This document shows positions 57,579 to 58,630 of a DNA stretch of 58,630 bases, piece by piece; the stretch's first letter is position 1; every line of letters starts with the position of its first letter. Both the position numbers and the translations under genes were made by a program. The notes beneath the pieces are model-generated. The model ran no database searches and had not been told where the DNA came from. It saw only the letters and a program-made list of their open reading frames with translations. The DNA is from an uncultured Bacilli bacterium (GTDB lineage Bacteria > Bacillota_I > Bacilli_A > RF39 > UBA660), in NCBI GenBank assembly GCA_934098455.1, contig CAKOOU010000001.1, positions 1-58,630 on the forward strand, written 5' to 3'.

Positions 57579-57600
57579 ATCCTTTATCCTAGTCTTAACT

Positions 57601-58630
57601 TTACTTAACTGTGTAAGGATTTGAACTAGTTCCATCTCCTCCATTTATTAGCAATTCAGCCTTTAGATTGATACTAGGGCGGAAAGCGGCAGTGTTGCGG
57701 ACGTTGAAGGTGTAGATGCCACCACCCGACCCATTAACGAACCACCCGTACGCATACGAACCATTATAGCTGAGTGGAGACGAAAGCCACCAATGAGAAG
57801 TTATAGATGAATTATACAAATAATATGATTTGTTTGTTTGACCAGATTTATAAGCACCAGCATATGCTGCCTCATCCACAGTAAGTAGGCCTATCGGATA
57901 TTTTAAATTTCCATTAGTCTCTTTTCCATTTGGTAATGTACTTTTTGTTGTTGTATATCTTGAATAATTATCGTTTGCCTTCTCTGCACATTTGAATGTT
58001 GGTGTTGATGTTGTTATTGCTGTTGTTCCAGTGCTATATAGTAATCTTTCTACTGAAGAATAATATGTTATATTTGTTCCATATCCTTTTGCAGTATTAT
58101 TTGAACCGATTCCACTTTCTGCTAGTGTTTTATCTCCACAAAATAATGTGTCACTTAAATAGTTTGCATAATTTGTTTTTAAATTATCTTCATACCATTT
58201 GTCTACTGCGATTTTTATTGTACTATCATTTTTATTCTCATGTGTAGCATCATACGTTGCACTTCCTGGTGTTCCATACATATATCCTATATATGCATTA
58301 TCATTAGAGTTAGTATTAAATGCAGTTTTTATAGCATTACCACTTGTATCTTTTGCAACATCATCTAGTATAAGTCTTATTGAACCGTCTCCATTTATTC
58401 TTACTATTCTCCAAACTTTATCTGCAAATGATACATAATTATCTATTACATTCCCTCTAAAATAATAACTTGTTCCATAATCATCTGGCGCTGTATTTAA
58501 TACATGTTCTGTTTCTCTTGATACACTTGTAAATGTTGTTACTTCACTTCCTAATGTTGTTCTTGTACTGTCTGTTTGTGTTTTTGCTGTATTTATTATA
58601 GTACTAGCAAGTGTATCTGTTCCAAATGGT
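57601..58630 (-). CDS. DGR target protein (5' end outside window) with C-terminal C-type-lectin-like variable region
   Basis: I checked this frame codon by codon and it stays open from 58281 to the window edge. The C-terminus is ...SHWWLSSPLSYNGSYAYGWFVNGSGGGIYTFNVRNTAAFRPSINLKAELLINGGDGTSSNPYTVK*. The WWL.SP...(A/V)FRP framework is typical of DGR-diversified CLec-fold ligand-binding domains. Confidence 0.85.
   Translation of the reverse strand, partial: PFGTDTLASTIINTAKTQTDSTRTTLGSEVTTFTSVSRETEHVLNTAPDDYGTSYYFRGNVIDNYVSFADKVWRIVRINGDGSIRLILDDVAKDTSGNAIKTAFNTNSNDNAYIGYMYGTPGSATYDATHENKNDSTIKIAVDKWYEDNLKTNYANYLSDTLFCGDKTLAESGIGSNNTAKGYGTNITYYSSVERLLYSTGTTAITTSTPTFKCAEKANDNYSRYTTTKSTLPNGKETNGNLKYPIGLLTVDEAAYAGAYKSGQTNKSYYLYNSSITSHWWLSSPLSYNGSYAYGWFVNGSGGGIYTFNVRNTAAFRPSINLKAELLINGGDGTSSNPYTVK
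57674..57801 (-). repeat. DGR variable repeat (VR) inside the target gene
   Basis: Aligned with TR at an offset of +313 there are 21 mismatches, and 20 of them fall where TR has A on the coding strand. The identical GC-rich 3' end GCTTTCCGCCCTAG (rc of 57674..57687 / 57361..57374) is IMH-like. Confidence 0.9.

Larger units (their letters stand above)
55347..58630 (-). mobile_element. Diversity-generating retroelement (DGR) cassette: target gene with VR - TR - MutS-I-like - Avd-like - RT
   Basis: See the component features. TR and VR are 128 bp repeats that differ almost only at TR adenines. Confidence 0.9.

Noticed and set aside
57312-57644. 110 aa minus-strand ORF from the ORF track (…SNWWLSSPNNYNGSNANEWNVNGSNGNINTNNVNNTNAFRP…)
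   Set aside because: It is simply the conceptual translation of the DGR template repeat plus flanks. It has no ribosome-binding site and overlaps the stop and terminator region of the target gene. TR acts as RNA, not as a coding sequence.
1-58630. Alternative genetic code (UGA=Trp, Mollicutes-like), suggested by the extreme AT content
   Set aside because: Long conserved genes (pheT, lysS, fhs, ABC ATPases) are intact under the standard code, with Trp encoded by TGG (for example tggtgg in WWLSSP). TGA is also used as a stop, for example in the ATGA overlap at 21246..21249.

Overview
This is a very AT-rich window that uses the standard genetic code, and almost all genes lie on the minus strand. 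It looks like a chromosomal segment of a low-GC, spore-forming Bacillota-type bacterium. Supporting features are a GerQ-like coat protein, a BclA-like collagen protein, a Phe T-box leader, an LtaS-type enzyme and a SipW-type signal peptide.

The housekeeping backbone includes an S41 Ctp peptidase, fhs, an LtaS-like enzyme, a GT2 synthase, tRNA-Gly, a PlsC/acyl-ligase pair, dCMP deaminase, pheS-pheT with its T-box, two MacB-like ABC proteins and lysS. Small accessory cassettes interrupt this backbone:
- A Bro-N gene insertion bounded by about 50 bp direct repeats, with decayed tandem gene fragments.
- A cluster next to tRNA-Gly with an HNH protein, a Panacea(DUF4065)-antitoxin/unknown-toxin pair and an M23 peptidase.
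- A HigB/HigA-ImmA toxin-antitoxin pair.
- An AAA-ATPase plus small RloB/DUF4276-like pair (AbiL/PARIS-like architecture). Next to it is an orphan gene behind a consensus promoter and a long structured leader.
- A 50-100 bp hairpin element repeated three times at cassette borders.
- A HipA-like kinase and a CYTH protein placed directly behind lysS.

The strongest signal is at the right edge (55347-58630): a complete diversity-generating retroelement (DGR). Its parts are a target gene with a C-terminal variable repeat (VR), a template repeat (TR), a MutS-domain-I-like gene, an Avd-like gene and a DGR-type reverse transcriptase. TR and VR differ at 20 TR-adenine positions and at only one other position. 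A (GT)10 microsatellite sits exactly between a TTGACA and a TATATT hexamer upstream of the accessory/RT operon, which suggests a phase-variable switch on the mutagenesis machinery.

All family assignments come from motif recognition by eye; no database searches were run.
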